Source: Oleiagrimonas sp. (GTDB taxonomy: Bacteria; Pseudomonadota; Gammaproteobacteria; Xanthomonadales; Rhodanobacteraceae). From it: a stretch of 45,581 bases of DNA. The position numbers were made by a program, and so were the translations under genes. The notes beneath the pieces are model-generated. The model was not told where the DNA came from and did not search any database. It saw only the letters and a program-made list of their open reading frames with translations. Shown here piece by piece: positions 9,842 through 22,821 of this stretch; the first letter of the stretch is position 1, and each line of letters begins with the position of its first letter. The DNA lies in NCBI RefSeq assembly GCF_027858935.1, contig NZ_JAQIBU010000178.1, positions 1 to 45,581 of the forward strand. Direction: 5' to 3'.

Positions 9842-10198
9842 TCAGCGGCGCAGGATGCTGAGCACTTCCTCCAGCTCCATGCGGACCTGGTGCACGATCT
9901 GCTGCGACATGCTGGACTCGATCTGGGCCTCGCCGCCTTCCAGGCGCGCGCGGGCTCCGGTGATGGTGAAGCCCTGCTCGTACAGCAGCGAGCGGATCTG
10001 GCGGATCATCAGCACGTCGTGGCGCTGGTAATAGCGGCGGTTGCCGCGCCGCTTGACCGGCTTGAGCGCGGGAAACTCCTGCTCCCAGTAGCGCAGCACG
10101 TGCGGTTTGACGGCGCACAGCTCGCTGACCTCACCAATGGTGAAGTAGCGCTTGGCCGGGATGACGGGAAGTTCTGCGTTACTGCCTGGGTCCAGCAT
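9842..10198 (-). CDS. MerR-family transcriptional regulator (the type found downstream of ihfA)
   Basis: [25 protein letters not shown]...RRGNRRYY MerR HTH; standard pheT-ihfA-merR-tRNA-Pro order. Confidence 0.93.
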   Translation of the reverse strand: MLDPGSNAELPVIPAKRYFTIGEVSELCAVKPHVLRYWEQEFPALKPVKRRGNRRYYQRHDVLMIRQIRSLLYEQGFTITGARARLEGGEAQIESSMSQQIVHQVRMELEEVLSILRR

Positions 10199-10478
10199 AG
10201 CCTTCGACTCGCACCTTGAGTTTCTGGCCCGGACGGAACGTCACCACACGACGGGCGGAAATGGGAATTTCCTGACCCGTCTTGGGATTGCGTCCGGGAC
10301 GCTGATTCTTCTGGCGCAGGTCGAAATTGCCGAAACCCGACAGCTTCACCTGCTCCCCCTTTTCGAGCGCTTCGCGAATGGACTCGAAGAACGCGTCGAC
10401 GAATTCCTTCGCCTCACGCTTGTTCAAGCCTACATCGAGAAACAGCCGCTCGGCTATGTCTGCCTTGGTCAGAGCCAT
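10179..10478 (-). CDS. ihfA: integration host factor alpha subunit
   Basis: [12 protein letters not shown]...[25 protein letters not shown]...[10 protein letters not shown]. Confidence 0.97.
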   Translation of the reverse strand: MALTKADIAERLFLDVGLNKREAKEFVDAFFESIREALEKGEQVKLSGFGNFDLRQKNQRPGRNPKTGQEIPISARRVVTFRPGQKLKVRVEGYAGPRQ

Positions 10479-10479
10479 T

Positions 10480-12861
10480 TCAGCCTCGCAGTTGCGCCAT
10501 GCAATCGCGTTCCAGTGCAGCCAAAGCATCCGCCACACACTGGTCCGCGTCCCTATCCGTAAGAGTGCGCGAAGCGTCCTGCAAAATCAAGCCCATAGCG
10601 AGACTTTTGCGTGCATTACCCAAACCTTCGCCGCTGTAACGGTCAAACAGCACAAGTTGCGCCAGTTGCGCGCCCAGCGCGTTCTGCACGCAAGCCTTGA
10701 CCTGCCCCCACGAAACCGTCTCGGGCAGCTCCACGGCAAGATCCCGGCGTACGCCAGGATAGCGTGAGATCACACGCGCCTCGGGCATGGCGCGCGGCAG
10801 CAATTGCGCAAGATCCAGCGCGGCGACCCAGATGTCGTGATCCAGGTCCAGCACGGCAGCAATGGCCGGATGCAGTACCCCCATGTATCCGGCCGGCGCA
10901 TCGTCGCGCATGACCCGGGCACTGCGTCCCGGGTGCAGCCAGCCGGGCAGTTCCCGGGTGTCGAACTGCCACGCCTGCGGTTGGGCACACATGGCCAGCA
11001 CCGATTCCACATCCCCCTTGAGGTCGTGGAAGTCCATTGCCCTGGAAGGTTCGCCCCATTGCTCGGCGTGCGCCGCGCCGCTGGCCACCAGGGCCAACTG
11101 CATGGTCTGCACGGGCGCCTCGGCATCGGCGCGGAATACATTCCCGACTTCGAACAGCCGTACACGCGCCTGCTGCCGCGCACGATTGTGCCGCAACGCC
11201 TCGACCAGTCCCGGAAGCAGTGAAGGACGCATCACGGCGAGATCCGCCGATAACGGATTGGACAACGGCACCGTTCCGGCATCGAGACTCCAGTCTGCCA
11301 GCAGGTCGGCGCGCACAAAGGCCATGCAAAGCGCCTCCTGGTAATCACGTGCCACCAGTTGCTTCGCCAGATCGAGCGGCTTCAGGCGCGCTTCCGGGTC
11401 AGGCTCCAGCGCCAGCTCGCCGCTGGGCGCATGGGTCGGGATGTGCTCGTAACCGTGGATGCGGGCGACTTCCTCGATCAGGTCTTCCTCGCGTTCGATG
11501 TCGAAACGGAAGCTTGGCGGTGTGGCCCGCCAGCCGGTCTGCGTGTGTTCGACCTCAAGGCCCAGCGCGGTCAGTGCACGCGACACCACGGCATCTTCGA
11601 TGGCAAGACCCAGCACGCGCTCCAGCCGCTGGCGGCGCAAGATGACCGGACCGGTGACCTTCAGGTCCGCTTTGCGTTCCGCGCCCAGCAGTGGCCCGGC
11701 ACTGCCACCGGCAATATCCAGCAACAATGCACTGGCGCGTTCCAGCGCACGCGCCGGAAGTTCCGGATCCACGCCGCGTTCGAAGCGATGCGATGCGTCG
11801 GTGTGAAGGCCTAGCTTGCGCGCTCGACCGCTGATCGCGGTGGGTGCGAAATGTGCGCTTTCCAGGAACACGTTGCGCGTGCTCCCGGTGACGCTCGAAT
11901 CCTTCCCGCCCATGATCCCGGCCACGGCCAGGGCACGCGCGTCGTCGGCAATCAGCAGGAACTCCGGATCAAGCTTCACTTCGCTGCCGTCCAGCAGCAC
12001 AAGGGTCTCGTCCGCGGTGGCGTGACGCACGTGCAAGGCACCCTGCAGCGTATCGTTGTCGAATGCATGCAGCGGCTGGCCGGTTTCGAGCATGATGTAG
12101 TTGGTCACATCCACCACCACACTGATCGGTCGCAGACCCGCACGTCGCAGGCGCGCTGCCATCCACGCAGGGGTCGAAGCAGCCGGGTCGATGCCCTCGA
12201 CAATGCGCCCCAGATAACGTGGACAGTCGGCACCGGCCTCGAGTATCACTTCACGCCGTCCATCACCGCTCACGCTGACGGACTCAGGTTCGGGCAGGCT
12301 CGCCGAGGTACCGAACTGTGCCGCGACATCCCGGGCAAGACCCCACATGCCCAGGCAATCGGGACGGTTCGGCGTCAGGCCAATCTCGATGGATGCGTCG
12401 GGCAATCCCAGTGCCTCGGCCAGGGGGGTGCCCGGTTCGATGTCGGCGTCGAGCTCCATCAGGCCGGAGGCGTCGGCATCCACTCCCAGCTCTCTGGCCG
12501 AACAAAGCATGCCCGACGATTCCACCCCGCGCAGCCTGGCCTTCTTGATCTTCATGCCGCCCGGCAGCGTGGCGCCGATGCGGGCCAGCGGAGCCTTCAG
12601 GCCCATTCGCGCATTGGGCGCGCCACAGACAATCTGTACCGGCGACCCATCGCCTGCATCGACCATGCACAGCTTCAGCCGATCGGCATCCGGATGCGGT
12701 TCGGCGGAAACGATCTCGCCGACGACGACGCCTTCAAGGTTTTCTCCGATCACGCTGACATCGTCGACCTCGAGGCCGGCCATGGTCAGGCGATGCACCA
12801 GAGTCGCGCGATCGGCGGGAATCTCGACAAGTTGACGTAGCCAGTTTTCGCTGAATTTCAT
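10480..12861 (-). CDS. pheT: phenylalanine--tRNA ligase beta subunit
   Basis: [50 protein letters not shown]-terminal FDX-ACB domain. Confidence 0.97.
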   Translation of the reverse strand: MKFSENWLRQLVEIPADRATLVHRLTMAGLEVDDVSVIGENLEGVVVGEIVSAEPHPDADRLKLCMVDAGDGSPVQIVCGAPNARMGLKAPLARIGATLPGGMKIKKARLRGVESSGMLCSARELGVDADASGLMELDADIEPGTPLAEALGLPDASIEIGLTPNRPDCLGMWGLARDVAAQFGTSASLPEPESVSVSGDGRREVILEAGADCPRYLGRIVEGIDPAASTPAWMAARLRRAGLRPISVVVDVTNYIMLETGQPLHAFDNDTLQGALHVRHATADETLVLLDGSEVKLDPEFLLIADDARALAVAGIMGGKDSSVTGSTRNVFLESAHFAPTAISGRARKLGLHTDASHRFERGVDPELPARALERASALLLDIAGGSAGPLLGAERKADLKVTGPVILRRQRLERVLGLAIEDAVVSRALTALGLEVEHTQTGWRATPPSFRFDIEREEDLIEEVARIHGYEHIPTHAPSGELALEPDPEARLKPLDLAKQLVARDYQEALCMAFVRADLLADWSLDAGTVPLSNPLSADLAVMRPSLLPGLVEALRHNRARQQARVRLFEVGNVFRADAEAPVQTMQLALVASGAAHAEQWGEPSRAMDFHDLKGDVESVLAMCAQPQAWQFDTRELPGWLHPGRSARVMRDDAPAGYMGVLHPAIAAVLDLDHDIWVAALDLAQLLPRAMPEARVISRYPGVRRDLAVELPETVSWGQVKACVQNALGAQLAQLVLFDRYSGEGLGNARKSLAMGLILQDASRTLTDRDADQCVADALAALERDCMAQLRG

Positions 12862-12896
12862 GGATGTGAAGCCGGGTGTCGTGGAAAGGCCCGCCC

Positions 12897-14021
<1,125 letters not shown>

Positions 14022-14049
14022 TCACCGCAGATGCGGCAAATCGCGGACC

Positions 14050-14760
14050 TCAGGCTTCGCGGCCGCCCTTCAGTTCGTCCTGCAGCTGCTTGAGCTCATC
14101 GAACTTGCCGGCAGCAGCCAACTTGGACTGCTTCGGCCAGGTCGACGGATCATGCGAGGCGTAGTGGCTGCCGGCTTCGTGCAGGATCTCGCTCAGCTTC
14201 TCGACCTTGGTCTCGGCCAGGTCTGCGAAGCTGGACAGGCCCTGGCCGTGCAGCAGCTCGCCGATCTTCGGGCCGATACCTTCGATGCGGGTGAAGTCAT
14301 CGGACTTCTCCGCAACTGCCTTGATCGCTTCGGCGGCCTTGGGCGCGGGCTTCTTCACCGGTGCCTTGGCGGCCGTCTTGGGCACGGCTGGCTTGGTGAC
14401 GGTACCGTCCAGCGCAGCCTTGGCCTGCGCGGCAATGGCACCGAACGCCTTGATGTCGTGCACCGCGATATCGGCCAGGACCTTGCGGTCGACCTCGATA
14501 CCGGCCTTGGACAGGCCGTTGATCATCCGGCTGTAGGACAGGTCGAACTGACGCGCGGCGGCGTTGATGCGCACGATCCACAACGAACGGAACTGACGCT
14601 TTTTCTGTTTCCGGCCGATATAGGCGTACTGGCCGGCCTTGATGACCGACTGTTTGGCGACGCGATAAACCTTGCGGCGGGCGTTGTAATAGCCCTTCGC
14701 GCGGCCAATGACTTTCTTGTGACGACGACGGGCGACAACGCCCCGCTTGACTCTTGCCAT
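14050..14760 (-). CDS. rplT: 50S ribosomal protein L20 with Ala/Lys/Pro linker and C-terminal helix-hairpin-helix (DUF4332-like) domain
   Basis: Residues 1-~118 are canonical L20 (MARVKRG...AGQYAY...[12 protein letters not shown]...DRKVLAD); the frame continues to 236 aa with [17 protein letters not shown]...[20 protein letters not shown]...LKGG. Confidence 0.93.
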   Translation of the reverse strand: MARVKRGVVARRRHKKVIGRAKGYYNARRKVYRVAKQSVIKAGQYAYIGRKQKKRQFRSLWIVRINAAARQFDLSYSRMINGLSKAGIEVDRKVLADIAVHDIKAFGAIAAQAKAALDGTVTKPAVPKTAAKAPVKKPAPKAAEAIKAVAEKSDDFTRIEGIGPKIGELLHGQGLSSFADLAETKVEKLSEILHEAGSHYASHDPSTWPKQSKLAAAGKFDELKQLQDELKGGREA

Positions 14761-14778
14761 GGTGGTCTGCTCCTGAGC

Positions 14779-14976
14779 TTATGCGTACGGCAACATGCGT
14801 GCGACGGACTTGCTGTCGCAATCGCGCACGTGGTTGGTGGCACGCAGACCGCGCTTACGCTTGGTCGACTTCTTGGTCAGGATATGCGACCTGAAGGCAT
14901 GACCGGCCTTGAACTTTCCGGTAGCCGTCTTGCGGAACCGCTTGGCGGCGGCCCGATTGGTCTTGATCTTGGGCAT
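14779..14976 (-). CDS. rpmI: 50S ribosomal protein L35
   Basis: [23 protein letters not shown]...[15 protein letters not shown]...MLPYA. Confidence 0.97.
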   Translation of the reverse strand: MPKIKTNRAAAKRFRKTATGKFKAGHAFRSHILTKKSTKRKRGLRATNHVRDCDSKSVARMLPYA

Positions 14977-15188
14977 GAGATGAATCCCTTGGGTATGTTC
15001 TTCGACTGATCCCGGCGGCCGCCCTTGAGCGACGCTTTCCATCCATGCCCGGATCGGCTTGTCATGGCCCGTCCAGATCGGGCCGAACTGCGGATTTTAC
15101 TATGATTTGCTGCTGCAGGGGAAGCCTTGCAGGCAGAACCGGCCCCGAGGTTTCCCGCGAGGCCCGGAGAAAGTGCAGCGCCATGACC

Positions 15189-15716
15189 TCAGGCGGTTTT
15201 CGGCGGCCCCAGCATCATCACCATCAGACGGCCTTCCTGGCGCGGAAACTGTTCCACCACGCCACTTTCGCCCACATCCTGCTGGACCCGGCCCGCCAGG
15301 TCGCGACCCAGCTCCTGGTGAGCCATCTCGCGACCACGGAATCGGATGGTCACCTTGACCTTGTCGCCCTCCTCGAGAAAACGGAGGATGTTTCGAAGCT
15401 TGATCTGGTAGTCACCCACGTCGGTGTTCGGACGGAACTTGACTTCCTTGATCTCGATCTTCTTGGTCTTCTTGCGGGCCGCGTTCGCCTTTTTCTGCTG
15501 CTCGAACTTGTGCTTGCCAAAGTCCATGATGCGGCAGACCGGCGGCTCGGCGTTCGGCTGGATCTCGACCAGGTCGAGACCGGCCTCTTCGGCCAGGCTC
15601 AACGCCTCGTCGCGTGACACGATGCCGACCTGCTCGCCTTCGGCGTCGATGACGCGCACTTCGGGCACCCGGATTTCGTGATTGCGGCGATTACGCTTGT
15701 TGTCGGGGATGGCGAT
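15189..15716 (-). CDS. infC: translation initiation factor IF-3 (non-canonical ATC start)
   Basis: IF3 motifs ([40 protein letters not shown]); in-frame ATC at 15716 with GGAGG 7 nt upstream. Confidence 0.93.
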   Translation of the reverse strand: MAIPDNKRNRRNHEIRVPEVRVIDAEGEQVGIVSRDEALSLAEEAGLDLVEIQPNAEPPVCRIMDFGKHKFEQQKKANAARKKTKKIEIKEVKFRPNTDVGDYQIKLRNILRFLEEGDKVKVTIRFRGREMAHQELGRDLAGRVQQDVGESGVVEQFPRQEGRLMVMMLGPPKTA

Positions 15717-15758
15717 ACCTCTTCCTCCAAATGGTTTGATGAAACGACCGCATCCGGC

Positions 15759-17660
15759 TCAAGGCCGACCTTCGGTCTCCAGCCGCGCGATGAATGCATC
15801 GAGCGGCATGCTGCCCAGGTCTTCACCCGTGCGGCTACGCACGGACAAGGCGCCGGACTCCTTTTCGCGGTCGCCCACGACCAGGAGGTACGGCACCTTG
15901 GACAGCGTGTGCTCCCGGATTTTATAACCGACCTTTTCGTTGCGCAAATCCGCCTCCACGCGGAATCCTTTGTCGACAAGGACTTGCGCCACCTCTCCAG
16001 CATACCCCGATTGCGCGTCGGTGATGTTCAGGACGACCGCCTGCACCGGCGCCAGCCAGGCCGGGAAGTTTCCGGCGTGGTGCTCGATCAGGATGCCGAT
16101 GAACCGCTCCATGGAGCCGACGATGGCGCGATGCAACATCACCGGATGCTGACGCTGGCTGTGCTCGTCGACGTACTCGGCGCCCAGGCGTTCGGGCATG
16201 GAGAAGTCCACCTGCATGGTGCCGACCTGCCAGCCGCGGCCGATCGAGTCGCGCATGTGGTACTCGATCTTGGGCCCGTAGAAGGCGCCCTCGCCCGGTA
16301 GCTCGTCCCATTCCACGCCAGCGGCGCGCAACGCCGAGCGCAGGGCATCCTCGGCCTTGTCCCATACCGCGTCGGAGCCAATACGGTCCTCCGGGCGCAG
16401 GGCGATCTTGAGGTCGATCCCGGTGAATCCGAAGTCGTGATAGACCTGCATGGCCTGGCGATGGAAGGCGGTGACCTCGGACTCGATCTGCTCCGGCGTG
16501 CAGAACACGTGGCCGTCATCCTGGGTGAAAGCGCGCACGCGCATCAGCCCGTGCAGGGCTCCGGAAGGCTCATTGCGGTGGCATCCGCCGAATTCGCCAT
16601 AGCGGATCGGCAGGTCGCGATAGCTGTGCAGGCCGGTCTTGTAGATCTCCACGTGGCCGGGACAATTCATCGGCTTGACCGCGTAGGTGTGCTTCTCCGA
16701 CTCGGTGAAGAACATGTTGTCCTTGTAGTTGTCCCAGTGGCCGGATTTCTTCCACAGCGCCACGTCCAGGATCTGCGGCGCGCGCACCTCCTGGTAGCCC
16801 GACTGGCGGTACACCTTGCGCATGTACTGCTCGACCTGCTGCCACAGCGCCCAGCCCTTCGGATGCCAGAACACCATGCCCGGGCCTTCCTCCTGCTGGT
16901 GGAACAGGTCCAGGGCCTTGCCGATCTTGCGATGATCGCGCTTTTCGGCTTCCTCCAGCTGGGTCAGGTAAGCCTTGAGCTGCTTGTCGTTGATCCACGC
17001 CGTGCCGTAAATGCGCGTGAGCATGACGTTGTCCGAATCGCCGCGCCAGTAGGCGCCGGCCACTTTCATCAGCTTGAACGCGCGCAGCCTGCCGGTGTCG
17101 GGCACATGCGGGCCGCGGCACAAGTCGGTGAACTCGCCCTGTGAATACAGCGAAAGCTCCTGGTCGGCGGGAATCGACTCGATAATCTCGGCCTTGTATT
17201 GCTCGCCCATGCCGCGGAAGAATTTCACCGCCTCATCGCGCGACTTGACACTGCGCTCGACCGGCAGCTTCTCGTCGACGATCTTGCGCATCTGCACTTC
17301 GATCTTCTCCAGATCCTCCGGTGTGAAGGGTCGCTCGTAGGCAAAGTCGTAGTAGAAGCCGTTGTCGATCACCGGGCCGATGGTCACCTGGGCGCCCGGA
17401 TACAGCCGCTGCACGGCCTGAGCCAGCAGGTGCGCAGTGGAATGGCGCAGAATCTCAAGGGCTTCCGGGCTCCTGTCGGTCACGATCTCCAGACGCGCAT
17501 CGTGGTCGATCACGGTGCTGGCATCGACCAGGCGATCGTCGACCTTGCCGGCCAGGGTGGCCTTGGCCAGTCCGGCACCAATGGCGGCGGCCACATCCTG
17601 CACCGAAACCGGATGCTCGAACGGCTTCTTGCTGCCATCGGGGAGAGTGATTTCAATCAT
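15759..17660 (-). CDS. thrS: threonine--tRNA ligase
   Basis: TGS N-terminus (ITLPDGS), [48 protein letters not shown]. Confidence 0.98.
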   Translation of the reverse strand: MIEITLPDGSKKPFEHPVSVQDVAAAIGAGLAKATLAGKVDDRLVDASTVIDHDARLEIVTDRSPEALEILRHSTAHLLAQAVQRLYPGAQVTIGPVIDNGFYYDFAYERPFTPEDLEKIEVQMRKIVDEKLPVERSVKSRDEAVKFFRGMGEQYKAEIIESIPADQELSLYSQGEFTDLCRGPHVPDTGRLRAFKLMKVAGAYWRGDSDNVMLTRIYGTAWINDKQLKAYLTQLEEAEKRDHRKIGKALDLFHQQEEGPGMVFWHPKGWALWQQVEQYMRKVYRQSGYQEVRAPQILDVALWKKSGHWDNYKDNMFFTESEKHTYAVKPMNCPGHVEIYKTGLHSYRDLPIRYGEFGGCHRNEPSGALHGLMRVRAFTQDDGHVFCTPEQIESEVTAFHRQAMQVYHDFGFTGIDLKIALRPEDRIGSDAVWDKAEDALRSALRAAGVEWDELPGEGAFYGPKIEYHMRDSIGRGWQVGTMQVDFSMPERLGAEYVDEHSQRQHPVMLHRAIVGSMERFIGILIEHHAGNFPAWLAPVQAVVLNITDAQSGYAGEVAQVLVDKGFRVEADLRNEKVGYKIREHTLSKVPYLLVVGDREKESGALSVRSRTGEDLGSMPLDAFIARLETEGRP

Positions 17661-17769
17661 CTTCGACTACCAGGTACGCCCTTAGGAGCGTGGTTTTGTT
17701 GACGAGTCCGGCCGCACAGGACCGGTTTGTTCCTGTACATCTGGGCGATGGACAAGAACGAAACCCATG

Positions 17770-17844
17770 AAAAAGGGGCGCGCAGCGCCCCCCAAGGCAG
17801 TGGCCCGACGCGCAGAGTCAGCGAGGAACGTTGGTCGTGTCCAT
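17770..17844 (-). promoter_or_regulatory. candidate threonine leader-peptide attenuator of thrS
   Basis: Short ORF MDTTNVPR* (17844-17818; tandem Thr codons ACG ACC) followed by the terminator GGGGCGC-TGC-GCGCCCC-TTTTT (17791-17770), about 110 nt before the thrS ATG. Confidence 0.6.
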
Positions 17845-17976
17845 CTCGCACACTCTACCCGCAGTTGCCAGTGGGCCACCTTTGTTGGTTCCCGGGAAGT
17901 GAAAGCTAGCCGGGCACCGCAGTGGTGTCAACGACGGTGCCAGCCGGCAGGACAACGCAAGGACCAGCGCCGGAGG

Positions 17977-18009
17977 CCGGGGTGCCCCATGCGAGGATGG
18001 GCACCCCGG
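17977..18009 (-). terminator. hairpin downstream of the porin gene
   Basis: CCGGGGTGCCC-N11-GGGCACCCCGG 11-bp stem, 13 nt after the stop; no U tract. Confidence 0.45.
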
Positions 18010-18022
18010 AGATCCATCGGGT

Positions 18023-19384
18023 TCAGAAGTAGAAGCCGAAGTTGATGTTGAAGCGGTGCTCGACGCCACCGTCTCCCGCCATGCTGCCGCCAACAAACGG
18101 CTGGTTGCGCGCGGTGACATAGTCGAAATAGGTGTACAGGTCGCCCGCGCCGACCGCCACGCCCAGCACGTTCATGAAGGTGCTGGGCAATTGTCCGGAC
18201 TTGTGGGTGACCAGCGAATAGTCGTTGTAAAAATCCAGTCCGTGGATCGGACCCCACTGCACCGGCTGGTGGTACTTCACGTTGAACGTGTATGAATCGG
18301 CGCGCGCCGCGATGCTGTCGTAGAACGCATAGGCACCGACGGCCATCAGCGCAGCACCGCCGTTGACGTTGTAATTGTAGTGCGCGGCCTCGGCCTGCAC
18401 GTTCCAGCGATTGTAGAAGGCGTTCATGTGCAACGCATATGCGTCGTAATTGCCGACGGTGCTGGTCGACGACTCGAGGTTGCCATGCAGACCGGACGCA
18501 CCGAACTCGACCTTGAGGTCGTCAGTGGGCTTGACGGTATAGGCCACGCGCGCGGCCACCGTATTGGCGGTGCCGATCGGGTTCTGCGGCGCTGCATAAA
18601 TACCCTCGCCCGGCGCTCGCACCCCCACCACGTCATAGGAATAGCTATTCGAGCGATTGCTGACGTAACCGTTGACGCCACCCATGCCGTCGTTCTTGAA
18701 AAACGCCAGTTGCACGTTCCACGGATCACCCGAGTAAACATACTCCACGCCCAGGTGGTATGTGTCCTCAAGACCCAGGTAGTAATTGGAACTGAAGAAA
18801 TAATTGTGCGAATCGTAGGGCTGGTTGCCGAACGGGATCCGCGTCAGACCGATCTGCAACTGCTGGTCCTTGGTGAAATCATAGCCGAGCCAGGCGTACT
18901 TGACCGCGCTCATGTACTGGAACCAGCGCCACTCGGCCTGCAGTTCGATGTTGTCGACCTTGCCGCGCATGTTCAGGCGGAAGATGTCAAAAGCGGCATC
19001 GCCCTTACGGTGCACGTTGCCCTTGCTGTAGTCCTCGTAGCTGTATTGGAAGCGCATGGCGCCCCCGAAATGGATGCCTTGCCTGGACTTGGCAGCCTGC
19101 TTGGCCACCTCCTTCATCCTGGCCGCCCTGGCTTCGGCCAGCTTCTGCCGTTTGTCCGCCTTGCGCCCGGCGGCGGCTTGCTGCTGGCGAAGTGCATCGA
19201 GCTGCTGCTGCAGGGACTTGATCTGCTTCTGCATCGCGTCGATGCGCTGGTCCATCTTCTTGTCGTTGGTCGTGGACCCGGCGGACGACTTCGTGCTGCC
19301 TGATGAGGCCGTTGCAATGGACGGCGTGGCCCATGCGAAAGCCATGCAGACAGCCACGCATGAAAAACGGATTGATCCGTGCAT
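18023..19384 (-). CDS. putative outer-membrane beta-barrel porin with N-terminal coiled coil, last gene of the betaine transporter operon
   Basis: Signal peptide; coiled coil (IDAMQKQIKSLQQQLDALRQQQ); alternating aromatic beta strands; C-terminal RFNINFGFYF. Confidence 0.75.
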   Translation of the reverse strand: MHGSIRFSCVAVCMAFAWATPSIATASSGSTKSSAGSTTNDKKMDQRIDAMQKQIKSLQQQLDALRQQQAAAGRKADKRQKLAEARAARMKEVAKQAAKSRQGIHFGGAMRFQYSYEDYSKGNVHRKGDAAFDIFRLNMRGKVDNIELQAEWRWFQYMSAVKYAWLGYDFTKDQQLQIGLTRIPFGNQPYDSHNYFFSSNYYLGLEDTYHLGVEYVYSGDPWNVQLAFFKNDGMGGVNGYVSNRSNSYSYDVVGVRAPGEGIYAAPQNPIGTANTVAARVAYTVKPTDDLKVEFGASGLHGNLESSTSTVGNYDAYALHMNAFYNRWNVQAEAAHYNYNVNGGAALMAVGAYAFYDSIAARADSYTFNVKYHQPVQWGPIHGLDFYNDYSLVTHKSGQLPSTFMNVLGVAVGAGDLYTYFDYVTARNQPFVGGSMAGDGGVEHRFNINFGFYF

Positions 19385-19459
19385 GAGGTACCCCCTTTTC
19401 GAGTCGGAAAGTCCCGTGCCCGGACGGCCTGCCGTCCGGGCACGGGAACGACTCATGCG

Positions 19460-20440
19460 TCAGTGCGCGCTCGAGGTCGCGGCCGGCATCGAAGATGCAC
19501 CTGAGGCCGGAGCTGTTGTCCAGCTGTCGACCTTAGCCACGTGCGTGGACACCCACTGCCTTGCCGCCTTGGCCGGGCTGCTGTCCGGTTCACGCGCGGC
19601 GGCCATCACCTGCTGCATGTCCTTCGCCGTCCAGTGGAAGGCATTGAGGATGGCATAGGCGCCCGGGTTGTCCTTCTTCAGGCCTTTGCGAACCAGCGTG
19701 TCAATGTTTTCGGAGCCCCCATAGACATCCTTCGGATCGGCGAGGTACTTCAGCTTCCAGCGCGCCCACATCCAGTGCGGTGTCCAGCCGGTGACCACGA
19801 TCCACTTGTGGTTGTCGATGGCGCTCTTGAGCGCGGCCGTCATGGTCGCACCACTGCCCGACACCAGCTTCAGCGGCAGGCCATACTGCTTGATCGCCTT
19901 CTGCGTGAGATCCATTTCGCCCGCGCCCGGATCGATGCCAACGATGCGATTGTCGAACTTGTCGGCGTTGGCCTTGAGTTGCTCGATGCTGTCGATGTTC
20001 ACATAGTCAGGCACCACCAGGCCCAGCTTGGTGCCATTCATGTTGGCACCAAGGTTTTCCAGGCGATCCTTGGTCTTGGCGTAGTAGTTGGCCTGGGTCG
20101 AAGGCAGCCAAGCACAGACCGTGGCGTCGGCGTCGTTATTGGCGATCGCCGAATACATGGCCGCGCCGCTGACCGAGATGGCATCGACCTTATAGCCCTG
20201 CTTCTCCAGCACGGCCTTGGCCACGTTGGTGGCCGCGGTGCAACTGGACCATTCCACATAGGCCAGCTTGACCGTACCGCCCGGCTTGGCGGACGAAGTC
20301 GAGGCACCCGCGCCCGACGCGGACGTGGCGGCTGTCCTGGATGCGTTGCCGTTGCTGCCACCCGAACAGGCCGACAGGGCCAGTGCGGCCAGCACCATGG
20401 GCATGGCGATAACATAAGGTTTGAACATGTTGCGAATCAT
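19460..20440 (-). CDS. glycine betaine ABC transporter substrate-binding lipoprotein (OpuAC/ProX type)
   Basis: Lipobox LSAC; AWLPSTQ, LVVPDY, IVGIDPGAG, VVTGWTPHWMW..WKLKYLADPK motifs. Confidence 0.9.
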   Translation of the reverse strand: MIRNMFKPYVIAMPMVLAALALSACSGGSNGNASRTAATSASGAGASTSSAKPGGTVKLAYVEWSSCTAATNVAKAVLEKQGYKVDAISVSGAAMYSAIANNDADATVCAWLPSTQANYYAKTKDRLENLGANMNGTKLGLVVPDYVNIDSIEQLKANADKFDNRIVGIDPGAGEMDLTQKAIKQYGLPLKLVSGSGATMTAALKSAIDNHKWIVVTGWTPHWMWARWKLKYLADPKDVYGGSENIDTLVRKGLKKDNPGAYAILNAFHWTAKDMQQVMAAAREPDSSPAKAARQWVSTHVAKVDSWTTAPASGASSMPAATSSAH

Positions 20441-20465
20441 CGAATCGCTCCTGTGAATGAGGGAG

Positions 20466-21313
<848 letters not shown>

Positions 21314-21317
<4 letters not shown>

Positions 21318-22558
21318 GCGGCGTCACTCCTTTCCGGCTCGGATTCCGGCTCGGATTCGGGCTCGGCGGAAGTCGTCTTGTCAGGGGTGTTTTCGGCCAG
21401 TGCGGTCAGCACGGCCGCGCGCGTGACTACGCCCAGCACCTTGTTGTTTTCATCCACCACGGGCAGCAGCCAGCGCCATTCGGAGAGGATGCCGATAATG
21501 CTCATGAGGGGCTCATTGATCGGAATCGACGGTGTCTCCTCGATCAGGGGCTCGATGGTTTTCAGGCCATCCTGCACCGCCTTGCTGGCCGCCTCGACAC
21601 TGATCGTTCCGCGCAGCGTGTAGTCGCGTTCCACCACCAGCAGGCTGGCATAGTTGTCGTCGTTCATCTTGCGCAATGCCGTTCGCGGCCCGTCACCGGG
21701 AAACGCCAGAACGCGTGCACGCTGCAACACGGCTTGCGCGGTCAGAACGCGCGACATGTCCACGTTCTCCACAAACCGTTCGACATAGGCGCTGGCTGGA
21801 TTCTTCAGGATGTCCTCCGGCGTGCCGATCTGCACCACGCGTCCGTCCTTCATCAGCACGATGCGGTCGCCCACCTGCAGCGCCTCGTCCAGGTCGTGGG
21901 TGATGAACACAATGGTCTTTTTCACGCGTTGCTGCAGCAGCATCATCTCGTGCTGCATGTCGCGGCGAATCAGTGGATCGAGCGCACTGAAGGCCTCGTC
22001 CATCAACAGGATGTCCGGCTCCACCGCCAGCGCCCTCGCCAGACCCACGCGCTGCTGCATGCCGCCGCTGAGTTGGGATGGATACGAATCGGACCAGCCC
22101 TTCAGCCCGACCAGCTCCAGCGCCTCGTTGGCACGGCGGCGGCGCTCCTCGGGCTCGATGCCCTGGATCTCCAGCCCATACGCCGCGTTGTCGACTACGG
22201 TGCGGTGCGGAAACAGGGCGAAATGCTGGAACACCATGCTGATCTTGTGCTGTCGAAGTTTCAGCAACTGGTCATGGTCGTAGGTGGTGATGTCCTCGTC
22301 ATCGATGTAGATGTGACCGCGCGAAGGCTCGTTGAGGCGGTTCAGGCAGCGGATCAGCGTGGACTTGCCACTGCCGCTCAGCCCCATGACCACCACGAAC
22401 TCGCCTTGCTCCACCTCGAACGAGACATCGGATATGCCCACGGCATGGCCGGCTTCCCGGATTTCGGCATTGCTCTTGCCTGCATCGAGCATGCGCAAGC
22501 CTTCTTTCGGGCGGGGCCCGAAAATCTTGGTGAGCTTCTCGATCCTGATTTTCGCCAT
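21314..22558 (-). CDS. glycine betaine/proline ABC transporter ATPase (ProV/OpuAA) with CBS pair
   Basis: Walker A GLSGSGKST, LSGGMQQRV, LLMDEAFSALDPLIR, C-terminal CBS-like region; tail has a 12-bp tandem (21332-21367) encoding EPES repeats. Confidence 0.94.
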
Positions 22559-22821
22559 CGCTTGTTTCCCCTTCCCTCGGGCATGTGTCCCGGTTGGAGG
22601 ACCGAGCCTGAAGGTGCGCAAGCGACTACTCCAGCCGCTGCGCTCAAGGCCAGCCCATGCTGTTTTGTTGAAAGACCACCGTATTACCTCGGCGCCCCCG
22701 GACACAAGCGCAGTGCCTGCCTCAGGCAGAGGTCAAAGGAGGCCTTCCACCCTCTTATCAAGGCCTTGCCGTGTCTTGCGCACAGTGCAAGCTATAGGGA
22801 TCCGGCCTGGCATGAGTCCGA

